From the sequence record MT150133.1: a stretch of 64,000 bases of DNA; one strand, written 5' to 3'. Position numbers and translations under genes: made by a program. Within the stretch, counting starts at the first letter, position 1, and the number at the start of each line of letters is the position of its first letter. Below the pieces are notes generated by a model, which was given only the letters and a program-made list of their open reading frames with translations, made no database searches and was not told the DNA's origin. Origin of the DNA: Enterobacteria phage vB_EcoM_IME540. Below, piece by piece: positions 8,969 to 20,025 of this stretch.

Positions 8969-9202
8969 TTATTCCAGAATAGTTTTGATAGTGGTTGCAT
9001 TACGCTCTTTTAGAGCTCTTAATAGGCTATGGCAATTATCAAGAATAGGCACCGTTTTATATTTCATTTCAGCGCGAACCCACTCGGATTTATAGTACGA
9101 TTTCCAACGAGAGAAAAAGTACTTTTTATATTCTACTGAATAAGCTATCAGGTTTTCACCTTTTGAGTTCAGACCTGAAAACTTAACTAAACGAAATTTC
9201 AT
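8969..9202 (-). CDS. hypothetical protein
   Basis: ORF track. Confidence 0.4.
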   Translation of the reverse strand: MKFRLVKFSGLNSKGENLIAYSVEYKKYFFSRWKSYYKSEWVRAEMKYKTVPILDNCHSLLRALKERNATTIKTILE

Positions 9203-9225
9203 TTTGTTTCCTTCAATTAGGATGC

Positions 9226-9531
9226 TTAGCCTTCGATTTTTATATAATCAATGCGGACAATATACTTGGTTTCGCCGCCACGAGTTTCTTTACGAACTTC
9301 ACGGACTAATACCAATTCTGGGTTTACATTTACCAATTGGTCAATAACATATTCGATATCACTAGTAGAATGAGTCGAAATTTCGCCAGTAGAATTGCCT
9401 TTAAGCTGTTCAATAACATAAAGTGGACCTACTTTAATAGATTTGATACCTTTTTGGAGAAGAGCATCAATAAATGTATCTGTGTAATCAACAGTAACCA
9501 CTTGTTTAGGTTTTTCAAATAAAATATTCAT
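9226..9531 (-). CDS. hypothetical protein
   Basis: ORF track. Confidence 0.45.
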   Translation of the reverse strand: MNILFEKPKQVVTVDYTDTFIDALLQKGIKSIKVGPLYVIEQLKGNSTGEISTHSTSDIEYVIDQLVNVNPELVLVREVRKETRGGETKYIVRIDYIKIEG

Positions 9532-10076
9532 TATTCACCGCAATAGTTTTGAATTGATTCCCAGTTCAAAGAACGGAGACCTGTACGATTATACTGGATA
9601 ACTTCGATGCCTGATTCACGGAGGATATCGTCCCAACCTTCAGGATTTCGGTCATAGAGCTCAGCATAAACCAATGTTTTAATTCCGGACTGCGCAATAG
9701 ACTTAGCACAATCAGCGCACGGAGATAACGTCACGTACATCGTAGCGCCATCAATAGAACTTCCGGTACGAGCTGCAAACAAAATAGCATTCAGTTCGGC
9801 ATGGATTTCATTTTTAGATGACCATGCAGCGTGAGCCATGCGGTGTTCTTTAAGAAGAACAGATTTATGCGACATCCGCGCTGGGTCATACACAACACGG
9901 GTCCAGTCTTGTTCCACAGCGTGGTCACAACAGTTAACACCGCCGGACGGTGAACCGTTATAGCCTGTAGAGATAATGCGACCGTTCTTTTCGATAACCG
10001 CACCCACTTTCCATGAACAACATTTTGATTCTTGAGAAATCAGATATGCAATCTGAAGGTATGTGCTTGCTTTCAT
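9531..10076 (-). CDS. cd: dCMP deaminase
   Basis: Cytidine/dCMP deaminase zinc motifs HAELNAI and PCADC; position as in T4. Confidence 0.85.
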   Translation of the reverse strand: MKASTYLQIAYLISQESKCCSWKVGAVIEKNGRIISTGYNGSPSGGVNCCDHAVEQDWTRVVYDPARMSHKSVLLKEHRMAHAAWSSKNEIHAELNAILFAARTGSSIDGATMYVTLSPCADCAKSIAQSGIKTLVYAELYDRNPEGWDDILRESGIEVIQYNRTGLRSLNWESIQNYCGE

Positions 10077-10306
10077 TCTATGAACACTCGCTGCGCTTCG
10101 ACCAGACCATCAGAACCAAGTTTCAACTGGGTAATCTGGCCGCCATTTTTAGGATTAACGATAACCAATACCGCACGTGGTGATTCCTGAATTACTCGCA
10201 GAGTTGCGTCAGGAAAACGTACAGAAACCTTATTAATCAGGGCCTGAGCAAATTCTTTAACTTTAACTTGGAACTGCTCTACAGTAATAGGTTGTTCGCT
10301 CAGCAT
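10073..10306 (-). CDS. hypothetical protein
   Basis: ORF track; 4-nt overlap with cd. Confidence 0.4.
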   Translation of the reverse strand: MLSEQPITVEQFQVKVKEFAQALINKVSVRFPDATLRVIQESPRAVLVIVNPKNGGQITQLKLGSDGLVEAQRVFIE

Positions 10307-10860
10307 TAGATGGTCTCCAACTTAAGTTGTTTGGTAGTGGTAGCTTGGGTAACGTCGCCTTTAACAATATAACACACTTGTTGGAACGACTTAGTCAAAA
10401 GCTCTTCAGCCTGACGATCGGCTTGTTCCTTTGTGTTATGGCGAGAATGAACTTCAATCTTACCATTTTTAACAATAAGCACTTTCCAATCGGCCGTAGC
10501 TTTTACTGGCTTAGGTTCTGGCTTTACAGCAATACTCGTAGTAGCCAGTGGACGTACTACTTCAATAAAGTATTCGAATTCATGGGCAAAGGCGCCTACT
10601 GAATTAAAAAGAACACTAGTTGCATCATCGGGATTACCTGTGATTTTGCTCAGGTCAACAAACATCAACTCATCGTATACACGAATTCGGCTTACACGTG
10701 GCTTCCCGTTATGGTAATCAATTTCAACTTCAAACGGGTTCATACCTACATACTTGGCAAAAGCTGTATTGAGGCCGTAAGCGCCGTTATTAGTGAATTT
10801 GTTTTTAGTGTATTCACCAACGAACTTATAAAACTTACGCTCTTCAAAGAACTGGCTCAT
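10306..10860 (-). CDS. hypothetical protein
   Basis: ORF track 10306..10971; start moved to ATG at 10860 (MSQFFEE), preceded by GAGGAAA. Confidence 0.45.
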   Translation of the reverse strand: MSQFFEERKFYKFVGEYTKNKFTNNGAYGLNTAFAKYVGMNPFEVEIDYHNGKPRVSRIRVYDELMFVDLSKITGNPDDATSVLFNSVGAFAHEFEYFIEVVRPLATTSIAVKPEPKPVKATADWKVLIVKNGKIEVHSRHNTKEQADRQAEELLTKSFQQVCYIVKGDVTQATTTKQLKLETI

Positions 10861-10922
10861 TTCGATTTCCTCATTTGTTTCGGTAGGACTACTATACCAC
10901 AGTCCTACCATAGTGTAAACAC

Positions 10923-11201
10923 TTAAATTGCTTCGACAACTACCGTTTGTTTCTGGAAGTCCATTTTGCATGAAATAGCCAAAATGTGGTTATCAATTTT
11001 AAATGGAACAATTGCAAATGCTGCACCAGGCGTGAGTTGAACAGTGATTGCATCAACTGCATCTGGGAACATGATTTCCAGAATAGCAGACAAACGACCG
11101 TGCACTTTTAGTTCAGTCGACACGTCGACGCTTTCGTATAGATAATCAGATACAATCTGGCTAAAAACGGTTTTAACAATTTGAGAATAAGTAGGGAACA
11201 T
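10923..11201 (-). CDS. hypothetical protein
   Basis: ORF track. Confidence 0.4.
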   Translation of the reverse strand: MFPTYSQIVKTVFSQIVSDYLYESVDVSTELKVHGRLSAILEIMFPDAVDAITVQLTPGAAFAIVPFKIDNHILAISCKMDFQKQTVVVEAI

Positions 11202-11208
11202 AATTACC

Positions 11209-11424
11209 TCAGTGTACTGTATGGACCTTCACGTTAACAATAAACCGGTCAACGACTTCAGTCAGAGGAACGAACTCAACATAGTACTCGCCTTTGTAAC
11301 GTTCATTGAGGTCATTACGAAGGGCCGCTAGTGAGTTAATGAGGGTAGGAGACATATTCTGCCCTACCAGTTTCTGAAGCTCTTTATAAGCTTCTTCTTC
11401 AACTTCATGGTGTTTGTTATACAT
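11209..11424 (-). CDS. hypothetical protein
   Basis: ORF track 11209..11493 trimmed to internal Met to reduce overlap with upstream ORF; uncertain. Confidence 0.3.
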   Translation of the reverse strand: MYNKHHEVEEEAYKELQKLVGQNMSPTLINSLAALRNDLNERYKGEYYVEFVPLTEVVDRFIVNVKVHTVH

Positions 11425-11613
11425 AATGTTCTTCCAAGAAGGCAAGGAGTTCAGGAGCGGATTTAAAAATATCACCATCAACCTTGTCTTCATCTTTATA
11501 GTCCATCACATCCAGGCCAATACGTCCGTCAGTTAAAGGCCATACGCCGAAGAAAAAGCATTTACGTTTTTCAATTTCTTCGATTGTACGAAAAATCTTT
11601 TCGATATTATTCA

Positions 11614-11614
<1 letters not shown>
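11417..11614 (-). CDS. hypothetical protein
   Basis: ORF track. Confidence 0.35.
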
Positions 11615-12818
<1,204 letters not shown>

Positions 12819-12849
12819 AATAATTTCCTCAATTTTTATAATCCGTAGG

Positions 12850-12885
12850 AGCATTATACTCTGCTCCCAAGAGTTTGTAAACTAC
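12850..12885 (-). promoter_or_regulatory. early promoter
   Basis: GTTTAC, 18 bp, TATAAT. Confidence 0.5.
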
Positions 12886-12985
12886 TTTCCGAAAAGACCA
12901 TGCATACACATGCTGAACACAATCCCAAAACAAAAGAATGCAGCGCCAAATCTAACGGCATCCCAACCGCAAACGCATGTCTCAA

Positions 12986-13276
12986 TCATTTGCACTTCCC
13001 CTCTTTTAGTCCAGAACGATAATAACATAACATAGATTTCTGGTCTTGTACATATCTTTTTACGTCATTCAACCAAATACGATGTTCTTGGGAGTCTTCG
13101 AAAGGCATTCCAACCCAGGCCTTACCGTCGATTACCTTAACCTGCCATTTAACATTATGTTCGGCGATAGGTTGTGGCCATGAAGGATGCAGTTGTTGCT
13201 TAGGCACTACAGGGATGTCCTGGGCACATCCAACTAACAAGCCAATAGATAATACTACCGCAGATAATTTAATCAT
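12986..13276 (-). CDS. o-spanin (outer-membrane lipoprotein, Rz1-like)
   Basis: Signal peptide with lipobox LVGC, proline-rich mature region; 4-nt overlap with upstream i-spanin; position as T4 pseT.2/pseT.3. Confidence 0.7.
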   Translation of the reverse strand: MIKLSAVVLSIGLLVGCAQDIPVVPKQQLHPSWPQPIAEHNVKWQVKVIDGKAWVGMPFEDSQEHRIWLNDVKRYVQDQKSMLCYYRSGLKEGKCK

Positions 13277-13626
13277 TCTGTAATGCTCCTGAAGTCTTCT
13301 GTAAAGGAATCGAAGGACTTGTTGATTTGTTTTTCGACCAATCCTGGCTTACTTGCCACCACGTGCGCCTTCTTCGAATCTTTACGGAGCTTTTCATTTT
13401 CTACCTTAATTTTATCCATTCGGGCATTCATTTCAGTAGTACGGAATTCAATATCAGAGTATTGGCCACGTAGGTCCTCTACAGCTTCAGCGTTCTGTTT
13501 AGCCGTTTGCTGGGTAGTTTTCAGTTCTTCAGTAAGAGTATCAATACGGCTTGATTGATACGAAATAAAACCGTAAGCACCTACTGCAATGGCTCCAGCT
13601 AAAAGGTAAATACTTAATTTAGACAT
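13273..13626 (-). CDS. i-spanin (inner-membrane, Rz-like)
   Basis: N-terminal transmembrane segment (LSIYLLAGAIAVGAYGFI) followed by charged coiled-coil-like region; paired with downstream lipoprotein. Confidence 0.7.
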   Translation of the reverse strand: MSKLSIYLLAGAIAVGAYGFISYQSSRIDTLTEELKTTQQTAKQNAEAVEDLRGQYSDIEFRTTEMNARMDKIKVENEKLRKDSKKAHVVASKPGLVEKQINKSFDSFTEDFRSITE

Positions 13627-14114
13627 TTGGTAATAATCTCGATGATGTCATCACGTGACAGGGAATTAATAAGAACCGTTTTAGGATTTTCACACTGAAT
13701 TTTGTACGTTTCGAACATAAAACACAATTCTTCAGCGGTATGGTAAGGACTTGAAATGCCAAGGCGATTAAACTTGTCGCTTAATGGGTCACAAATCAAA
13801 TAGAAAGTGATGCCTGAGATTTTAACATTAGGTTGGCTAATATTAATGAATACCTCGGCATCGTACTTGGAAAGGTTATTTTGGAGAAACTCAACCATAG
13901 AGTTAACAGCTTCCGGCATGGCTTCACGCTTTTCTTCTGCATAACGGGTAGAGTATTCTTTTTGCTTGATTTTCTTTTTAGCATTTTTAGCTAAAGTAAC
14001 ACGAAGATCGGTCAGGTAACCTACTGCACGAGAACCTTTAAAAACTTGGATACCATCAGTAGAGTCACCAAAAGCTTTAACAACCATTTCGTTAGTAATC
14101 ATCTGCATATTCAT
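13614..14114 (-). CDS. hypothetical protein at the position of T4 alc
   Basis: 166 aa (T4 Alc is 167 aa) between spanins and RNA ligase 1; assignment by length and synteny only. Confidence 0.4.
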   Translation of the reverse strand: MNMQMITNEMVVKAFGDSTDGIQVFKGSRAVGYLTDLRVTLAKNAKKKIKQKEYSTRYAEEKREAMPEAVNSMVEFLQNNLSKYDAEVFINISQPNVKISGITFYLICDPLSDKFNRLGISSPYHTAEELCFMFETYKIQCENPKTVLINSLSRDDIIEIITKCLN

Positions 14115-14139
14115 TTTGTTTTCTCCTCATTAGTTGGTA

Positions 14140-14176
14140 AGTCTATACTAACACATTATGAGGAGATGTAAACTAC
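14140..14176 (-). promoter_or_regulatory. early promoter
   Basis: GTTTAC, 17 bp, TG-extended TAGTAT; -35 element overlaps rnlA stop codon. Confidence 0.5.
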
Positions 14177-15321
14177 TCTACCACAATTTCTTTCAAATAT
14201 TTTTCAGGGATTTTGGCCTTATGATTTTTCAAGAACACAGAGTTAATCTGGTCTACAACCGTATCATAATTAATACCGCCTACGTACGCCTGCATAAGAA
14301 TAGAGAACAAGCCTGGGAAGTCCTTAAGGATTAGCTGTCCAGTAACGGCGTAGTCTTTACGGTCGCGGCCCTTGAGTTGGGAATATGCTGCTTCCAACAA
14401 AGCCAATGATTGTTCTAAGTAATCTAAATGGATACGTTCGAAGGCATCGATTTTCTCAATAGCAAACGAATCTGTACTGAACAGACCACGGAGGTCATCG
14501 GTTCCACCTGCAACTACAACTTCAAATAAACGTTCGTTATTGTTAATGGAATCTTTGGTGTGATGCAGTGCACTGTACCAGGCGGTTTTGAGTTTAAAGA
14601 ACGTGCCGTCTTTCAGAACAAAGATGAAACCTTCAATACCCTCTTGTTTACGGATGTTTTCTACGAAATCGCCTTCAGTGAGGTCATAGCTTTCAACCAA
14701 ATGCTTACGCAGGGCCCCATCTTTAAACAGTTCAGCATACGGAATATACTCACCCGTTTCATTATTACGAACGTTCAACAGGATGAGGTTTGTTTCTTGG
14801 TAAGCCAGCACGATACGGTTGGTAGGTGCAACATATTCAAGGTTGCAGGTATACCCGGCTTTGGTGATTTCTTCTAGACGTGCGGCAAAAGCCTCGTTCT
14901 CAGGGCGACGAAGGAAACGTAAAGAATCATATACCATCGATGAATGGATAGAGCCTTTAGATTTAACAGAAAGATACTGTCGGTCCATAAAGGTAGAAAT
15001 CAGAGAACCATCTTCCTTAGCCATTACGAGGTCGATATTTTCTGGCGACAAATCCAGACCGATAGTCATAGGGTTTTCGTCGAGGTTAAAGAACTTTTGC
15101 ATAGGACGAGCAGCAATACGTACCGGACCGTTCTCGTCCATTTCAAACATAATGCCTCGGCACTCTAGTGCGCCGTCTTCCAACCAATCACTGTACGATG
15201 CATAGTTATAACTAAAGATGCGATAGTTGACTCCTAGCGCACTCTGAAAGTCTTTAAAGAAGAACTTAGATTTAGTCGAGTTTTTAACCAGGGCCATCAA
15301 GTTATCATATAATTCAATCAT
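14173..15321 (-). CDS. rnlA: RNA ligase 1 / tail-fibre attachment protein
   Basis: Strong resemblance to T4 gp63 (YRIFSYNYASYSDW...ECRGIMFE...KEDGSL...). Confidence 0.9.
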   Translation of the reverse strand: MIELYDNLMALVKNSTKSKFFFKDFQSALGVNYRIFSYNYASYSDWLEDGALECRGIMFEMDENGPVRIAARPMQKFFNLDENPMTIGLDLSPENIDLVMAKEDGSLISTFMDRQYLSVKSKGSIHSSMVYDSLRFLRRPENEAFAARLEEITKAGYTCNLEYVAPTNRIVLAYQETNLILLNVRNNETGEYIPYAELFKDGALRKHLVESYDLTEGDFVENIRKQEGIEGFIFVLKDGTFFKLKTAWYSALHHTKDSINNNERLFEVVVAGGTDDLRGLFSTDSFAIEKIDAFERIHLDYLEQSLALLEAAYSQLKGRDRKDYAVTGQLILKDFPGLFSILMQAYVGGINYDTVVDQINSVFLKNHKAKIPEKYLKEIVVE

Positions 15322-15968
15322 TACTTTACCTTAAAATTTTCAACCATTTGATAATAGGATACATCAGGATAATTTAAAGCTACCATCTTGCGTTTAAAGG
15401 TTCTATGACCGCATCGGCCCATTTTAACCCAATGTTCGAAAAGCTCCTTTTCGTAAAGCCAATGTTCCTTACGCTTGGAAGAAGGAACTCCTAGGGTTTT
15501 GGTATTAGAATTTGCTTTTAATCCTGAATTTTTTTCAAAGGCCGCTATAAGGCCTCCGTAATGCTCATTAGGATATCCTAATGAAACCGCCAAGCGCCCA
15601 AATCTTCCGTATCCTAATAGACCGTTATTTACCCATAATTCAAAAAGCTCATCATAAAAATACCATTGTGATAATTTATCACCAGTTTTATGACCCCTGC
15701 CTCCAAGAACAACATTTAAACAATATGGGTCCATTAAGGCCTCATAACATACCAATTCCTTTTCTTTATCATAAGCTTCCTGTTCATCTGAATGAAATGA
15801 TAAAATTTCCTTAATAAATCTAAAATTTCTTTTTATATAGGGTAGTTTTACACCACTACCACTATAAATGTCATTTTCAGGGTCCTCGTTAGACCTTTTA
15901 CCTATATAATAGTGGTCTTTAAATGGGCCTTCCATAACTGTAATTTTGTATATGTAATGTTTCTTCAT
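15321..15968 (-). CDS. GIY-YIG homing endonuclease-like protein (Seg-like)
   Basis: N-terminal YIYKIT...YYIGKRS GIY-YIG motifs; start ATG overlaps denA stop in an ATGA arrangement. Confidence 0.65.
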   Translation of the reverse strand: MKKHYIYKITVMEGPFKDHYYIGKRSNEDPENDIYSGSGVKLPYIKRNFRFIKEILSFHSDEQEAYDKEKELVCYEALMDPYCLNVVLGGRGHKTGDKLSQWYFYDELFELWVNNGLLGYGRFGRLAVSLGYPNEHYGGLIAAFEKNSGLKANSNTKTLGVPSSKRKEHWLYEKELFEHWVKMGRCGHRTFKRKMVALNYPDVSYYQMVENFKVK

Positions 15969-16375
15969 TTGGCACGGTGTTGGGTATTCCAAGGTGGATT
16001 AAATTTCTTTATGAACATTGGCTCTTCAAGAGACATGGTCTCAACTGACATAGTTCCAAGTTCGTTAGTCATCGACAGATTAAAGCACTGCCGTGCATAG
16101 AACTCTACCTTTTTACCAGCCATTAATGCTTCATGAATCAGAATGGACTTAGTCGAATCTGACGTTTGGTCCTTACGATTAATAGCGGTTCGGTAGTAGT
16201 TGATGCGCTTACGAAGATTTTTAGTCTTCCCGACGTAGACTAGTATATCATCAACCGCTATAGCATATATGACATTTTGTTTATTTGGTACTGTGAGTGG
16301 AGCTATGGTGGCGTCATCTTGGAGTTCTAGGGTGACGTACTTGATAAAGCTAAATTCGTCTGCGATTTCTTTCAT
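15965..16375 (-). CDS. denA: endonuclease II (GIY-YIG family)
   Basis: Resembles T4 DenA (VIYAIA...YVGKTKNLRKRINYYRTAINRKD...); start set at MKEIADE Met. Confidence 0.85.
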   Translation of the reverse strand: MKEIADEFSFIKYVTLELQDDATIAPLTVPNKQNVIYAIAVDDILVYVGKTKNLRKRINYYRTAINRKDQTSDSTKSILIHEALMAGKKVEFYARQCFNLSMTNELGTMSVETMSLEEPMFIKKFNPPWNTQHRAK

Positions 16376-16383
16376 AGCAATAA

Positions 16384-16397
16384 GGGGCCGAAGCCCC
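16384..16397 (-). promoter_or_regulatory. UUCG tetraloop hairpin between nrdB and denA
   Basis: GGGGC-UUCG-GCCCC; no U tract. Confidence 0.45.
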
Positions 16398-16402
16398 ATT
16401 CC

Positions 16403-17581
16403 TTAAAAATATTTCTTGTACGATGCCATTACTTTTTCATCAACATCGTTATCAATTTGTGCTACAAGGTAAGAACTGATTTCCACTTCCTGAGGAGCAG
16501 CCTGTACAGCATCAGAGTTCAGGTATTCACGAATCCAAGGATAAGGATGGCGAGTAGGGGCATCAGTAATAGGACATGGTAAGCCACATTGCTTCATACG
16601 AGAAACTGTCAGGTAATCGACAAAAGCACCCATGTTCTGAGTATTTAATCCAGGGCAAGTGCCATCTTTGAACAGGTGAGCGGCCCATTCTTTTTCTTGA
16701 CGGTTAACTTCCATGAAAATATCAACCGCTTCTTGTTCACACTCTTGAGCAATTTTAACCCATTCGTCGCCATCAGTACCAAGCTGAAGTTGACGAATAA
16801 TGTACTGGGTGCCTTTAAGGTGGAGCTGTTCATCACGTGCAATAAACTTCATAATCTTAGCATTACCTTCCATGATTTCCATATTTTTGTGGAAGTTAAA
16901 GGTACATGCAAAAGATACATAAAAACGAATAGCTTCCAATGCGTTGATTACATGGAGGCAGAGGTAAAGAGAACGCATTAGTTCACGTTTCCAATAAATC
17001 TCATGCTCTATGACATCTTCAATATCATCTTCGTCTGCGTTAATTTCTTTTTGGTACTCAATATCAGCTTTAGCATTCTGCCAATATCTAGTTTTCTTTA
17101 AAACATCGTCATAATAACGGCCAATAGATTCAGCACGTTTCATGATGGCATCATCTAACAGAATTTCATCAAATACCTTAGATGGGTCTGTATAGAGGTT
17201 ACGCATGATATGGGTATATGAACGAGAGTGAATAGTTTCACTAAAGGTCCATGTTGCCACCCAAGTATCAAGGCTAGGGTCTGAAATCAAGGCTTGGAGT
17301 GCAGCAGAAGGAGCCCGTCCTTGGATACTATCCAGAAGTGATTGATACTTCAGGTTATTGGTAAAAATATTTTGTTGGAACTGTGGAAGCTTATTAAATT
17401 GAGCAGCATCCATCATCAAGTTGACTTCTTCTGGGCGCCAGAAAAAACTCAACTGCTTTTCACAAAGCTCTTCGAATACTTTATGACGTTGGATATCGTA
17501 ACGGGCAATACCCAATCCTGAACCAAAGAACATCGGTTCGACTAAAACATCAACTGGGGTGGTATTAAAAACTGTAGACAT
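16403..17581 (-). CDS. nrdB: ribonucleotide reductase small subunit
   Basis: Near-colinear with T4 NrdB; single uninterrupted ORF; start set at MSTVFN. Confidence 0.9.
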   Translation of the reverse strand: MSTVFNTTPVDVLVEPMFFGSGLGIARYDIQRHKVFEELCEKQLSFFWRPEEVNLMMDAAQFNKLPQFQQNIFTNNLKYQSLLDSIQGRAPSAALQALISDPSLDTWVATWTFSETIHSRSYTHIMRNLYTDPSKVFDEILLDDAIMKRAESIGRYYDDVLKKTRYWQNAKADIEYQKEINADEDDIEDVIEHEIYWKRELMRSLYLCLHVINALEAIRFYVSFACTFNFHKNMEIMEGNAKIMKFIARDEQLHLKGTQYIIRQLQLGTDGDEWVKIAQECEQEAVDIFMEVNRQEKEWAAHLFKDGTCPGLNTQNMGAFVDYLTVSRMKQCGLPCPITDAPTRHPYPWIREYLNSDAVQAAPQEVEISSYLVAQIDNDVDEKVMASYKKYF

Positions 17582-17634
17582 ATTATTCTCATTTGTTAGT
17601 GACTCATCCATGAGTCAATTATAATCAGATTTTA

Positions 17635-19890
17635 TTAAAGCTTACATGCTGCACAATCGTCGGCTTTAGGAGTTTCGATTTCGTAGTCATCAGTACCAGA
17701 GCCATCTCGGGTATTATGATAGTAAAGGTTCTTACCGCCGTAGTACCAGAAATACAGCAGGTCATCAAGCATTACCGACATCGGAACTTTTCCTTTTGGG
17801 AAAATCTGTGGGTCGTAATATGTATTCGCTGATGCTGATTGACACACCCATTTCAACGCTATTGCCACTTGGGTAAGATAAGGTTTATTACCTTTCTTAG
17901 CAAGGGTCCAAGCGTAATCGTAGAGTCCTTGGTTATGTTCTACATTAGGAACTACCTGACGGAAGTTACCTTCTTTAGATTCTTTAATACTTACCGGACC
18001 ACGTGGAGGTTCGATACCGTTTGTAGAGTTGGAAACCTGGCTGCTTGATTCACACGGCATAAGTGCTGATAATGTGCTATTACGGATGCCATGTTTAGCC
18101 AAGTCTTCCCGCAACGACGCCCAGTCACAAACATAGTTAGGGGCTGCGATTTGGTCAATCTTTTTATTGTACCAGTCGATAGGTAATTCGCCTCGAGACC
18201 ATTTAGTGTCTGAATAATACTCGCAAGGTCCTTTTTCTTCGGCCAACCTGATTGATGCTCGGATAAGTCCATATTGTAATCTCTCAAACAGTTCATGAGT
18301 TAAATCGTTTGCGTCTTCATAAGAAGCAAAGTTGCTTGCTAACCAAGCGGCATAGTTCGTAACACCAACACCCAGGTTGCGACGTTTCTTGGCCTTCAGA
18401 GCTTCAGGAACAGGATAATCTTGATAGTCCAACAGGTTATCAAGTGCACGTACTTGTACTTCAGCCAGCTCGTTGATTTTGTCTTGGTCCTGCCAATCGA
18501 AGTTATCCAATACGAATGCAGACAACGTACACAAACCAATTTCAGCGTCAGGACTATTCACGTCAGTAGTCGGGATAGCAATTTCACAACACAAGTTGCT
18601 CTGACGAATAGGAGCTTTTTCACGAATAAATGGTGTGAAGTTGTTAGTGTTATCAACGAACTGAGGATAAATTCGTGCAGTGCCTGAACGTTCAGTCATG
18701 AACAATTCGAAAAGGTCGCGTGCCTTAATACGTTTCTTACGAATACTAGGGTCTTTTTCTGCGGCTTCATACAATTCACGGAAACGGTCTTGGTCTTCGA
18801 AATAAGAATAGTAAAGCTCACCACCCATTTCATGAGGACTAAACAACGTGATGTAATCATTTTTACCGAAACGTTCCATCATAAGGTCGTTCATCTGGAT
18901 TCCGTAGTCCATATGGCGAATACGGTTCTCATCGACACCTTTGTTGTTTTTCAGAACGAGCAGATTTTCAACTTCCAAATGCCAAATAGGATAATAAGCA
19001 GTAGCAGCGCCGCCACGGATTCCACCTTGTGAACATGATTTAACAGCAGTCTGGAAATGTTTCCAGAATGGAATAACACCGGTATGCTTGACTTCGCCCA
19101 TGCCAATACGAGAACCTTCAGCACGAATCATACCAACGTTGATACCAATACCGGCACGTTTAGAAATGTATTCAATTATTGAGTTAGCAGTTTTGTTAAT
19201 AGATTTCAGTGAGTCGCCTGCTTCAATAACCACACAAGAACTAAATTGACGGGTTGGTGTACGTGCTCCAGCCATAATAGGAGTTGGTAATGAAACCTGA
19301 CGGGTACTTACAGCATCATAAAAACGAATAATATGTGCTAAACGATTACCTGGCTCGTCTTGGTGTAAGGCCATACCAATACACATGATAGCGAACTGAG
19401 GGGTTTCGTAGATTTTACCGGTTGTTTTATCTTTAACCAGATATTTCTCTTTAAGCTGCATCGCACCAGCATAAGTCAATTCGAAATCGCGTTCATGCTT
19501 TATATGAGATTCTAAGAAAGTAATTTCTTCTGCAGAATATCGAGACAACAATTCAGGGTCATATTTACCTTCGTTAACACAATAGGAAATATGGTCGATA
19601 AAGCTACGTGGTTCGAACTGCCCATAAACTTCTTTACGCAGTGCAAACATCAATTCTTTTGCAGCAACATATTGGTAATCAGGCTCTTCAACCGAGATAA
19701 GGTTGGCTGCTACCTTAACAGTCAGATTTTGGATATCTTTGGTAGTCATACCGTCACGAAGATGGGATTTGATTTCTTCGTATAATTCATAGGGGTCGAT
19801 TTGGGTTCCTTCACAGCCCCAAGTCAGAACTTTAATAATTTTTTGTGCGTCAAAATCTTGGGATACACCACTACTTTTTTGTACTTGCAT
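17635..19890 (-). CDS. nrdA: ribonucleotide reductase large subunit
   Basis: 751 aa, near-colinear with T4 NrdA. Confidence 0.93.
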   Translation of the reverse strand: MQVQKSSGVSQDFDAQKIIKVLTWGCEGTQIDPYELYEEIKSHLRDGMTTKDIQNLTVKVAANLISVEEPDYQYVAAKELMFALRKEVYGQFEPRSFIDHISYCVNEGKYDPELLSRYSAEEITFLESHIKHERDFELTYAGAMQLKEKYLVKDKTTGKIYETPQFAIMCIGMALHQDEPGNRLAHIIRFYDAVSTRQVSLPTPIMAGARTPTRQFSSCVVIEAGDSLKSINKTANSIIEYISKRAGIGINVGMIRAEGSRIGMGEVKHTGVIPFWKHFQTAVKSCSQGGIRGGAATAYYPIWHLEVENLLVLKNNKGVDENRIRHMDYGIQMNDLMMERFGKNDYITLFSPHEMGGELYYSYFEDQDRFRELYEAAEKDPSIRKKRIKARDLFELFMTERSGTARIYPQFVDNTNNFTPFIREKAPIRQSNLCCEIAIPTTDVNSPDAEIGLCTLSAFVLDNFDWQDQDKINELAEVQVRALDNLLDYQDYPVPEALKAKKRRNLGVGVTNYAAWLASNFASYEDANDLTHELFERLQYGLIRASIRLAEEKGPCEYYSDTKWSRGELPIDWYNKKIDQIAAPNYVCDWASLREDLAKHGIRNSTLSALMPCESSSQVSNSTNGIEPPRGPVSIKESKEGNFRQVVPNVEHNQGLYDYAWTLAKKGNKPYLTQVAIALKWVCQSASANTYYDPQIFPKGKVPMSVMLDDLLYFWYYGGKNLYYHNTRDGSGTDDYEIETPKADDCAACKL

Positions 19891-19920
19891 AATTTCCTCA
19901 ATATGTTAGGTTCTATAATT

Positions 19921-19945
19921 ATTCTATCATAGAACCTGTTAAGCA
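19921..19945 (-). promoter_or_regulatory. MotA-dependent middle promoter for nrdA
   Basis: MotA-box-like TGCTTAA, 12 bp, TAGAAT. Confidence 0.4.
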
Positions 19946-19953
19946 TGGACTGA

Positions 19954-19961
19954 TATTTATA
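19954..19961 (-). promoter_or_regulatory. late-type promoter motif upstream of nrdA
   Basis: Exact TATAAATA on minus strand ~65 nt upstream of nrdA ATG. Confidence 0.4.
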
Positions 19962-20025
19962 GGTCTTCTAATGAGAACGTGTCTTTGAAAAGTTTGTTAA
20001 CAACCAGGGCTATCACATCCCCATG

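Noticed and set aside
9791-10003. Minus-strand 70-aa ORF
   Set aside because: Alternate frame inside the dCMP deaminase gene, which has recognisable zinc-binding motifs.
15321-15992. Assigning this ORF as alc on synteny alone
   Set aside because: The protein has clear GIY-YIG motifs, so it is a Seg-like endonuclease; the 166-aa ORF at 13614..14114 is the better positional candidate for alc.
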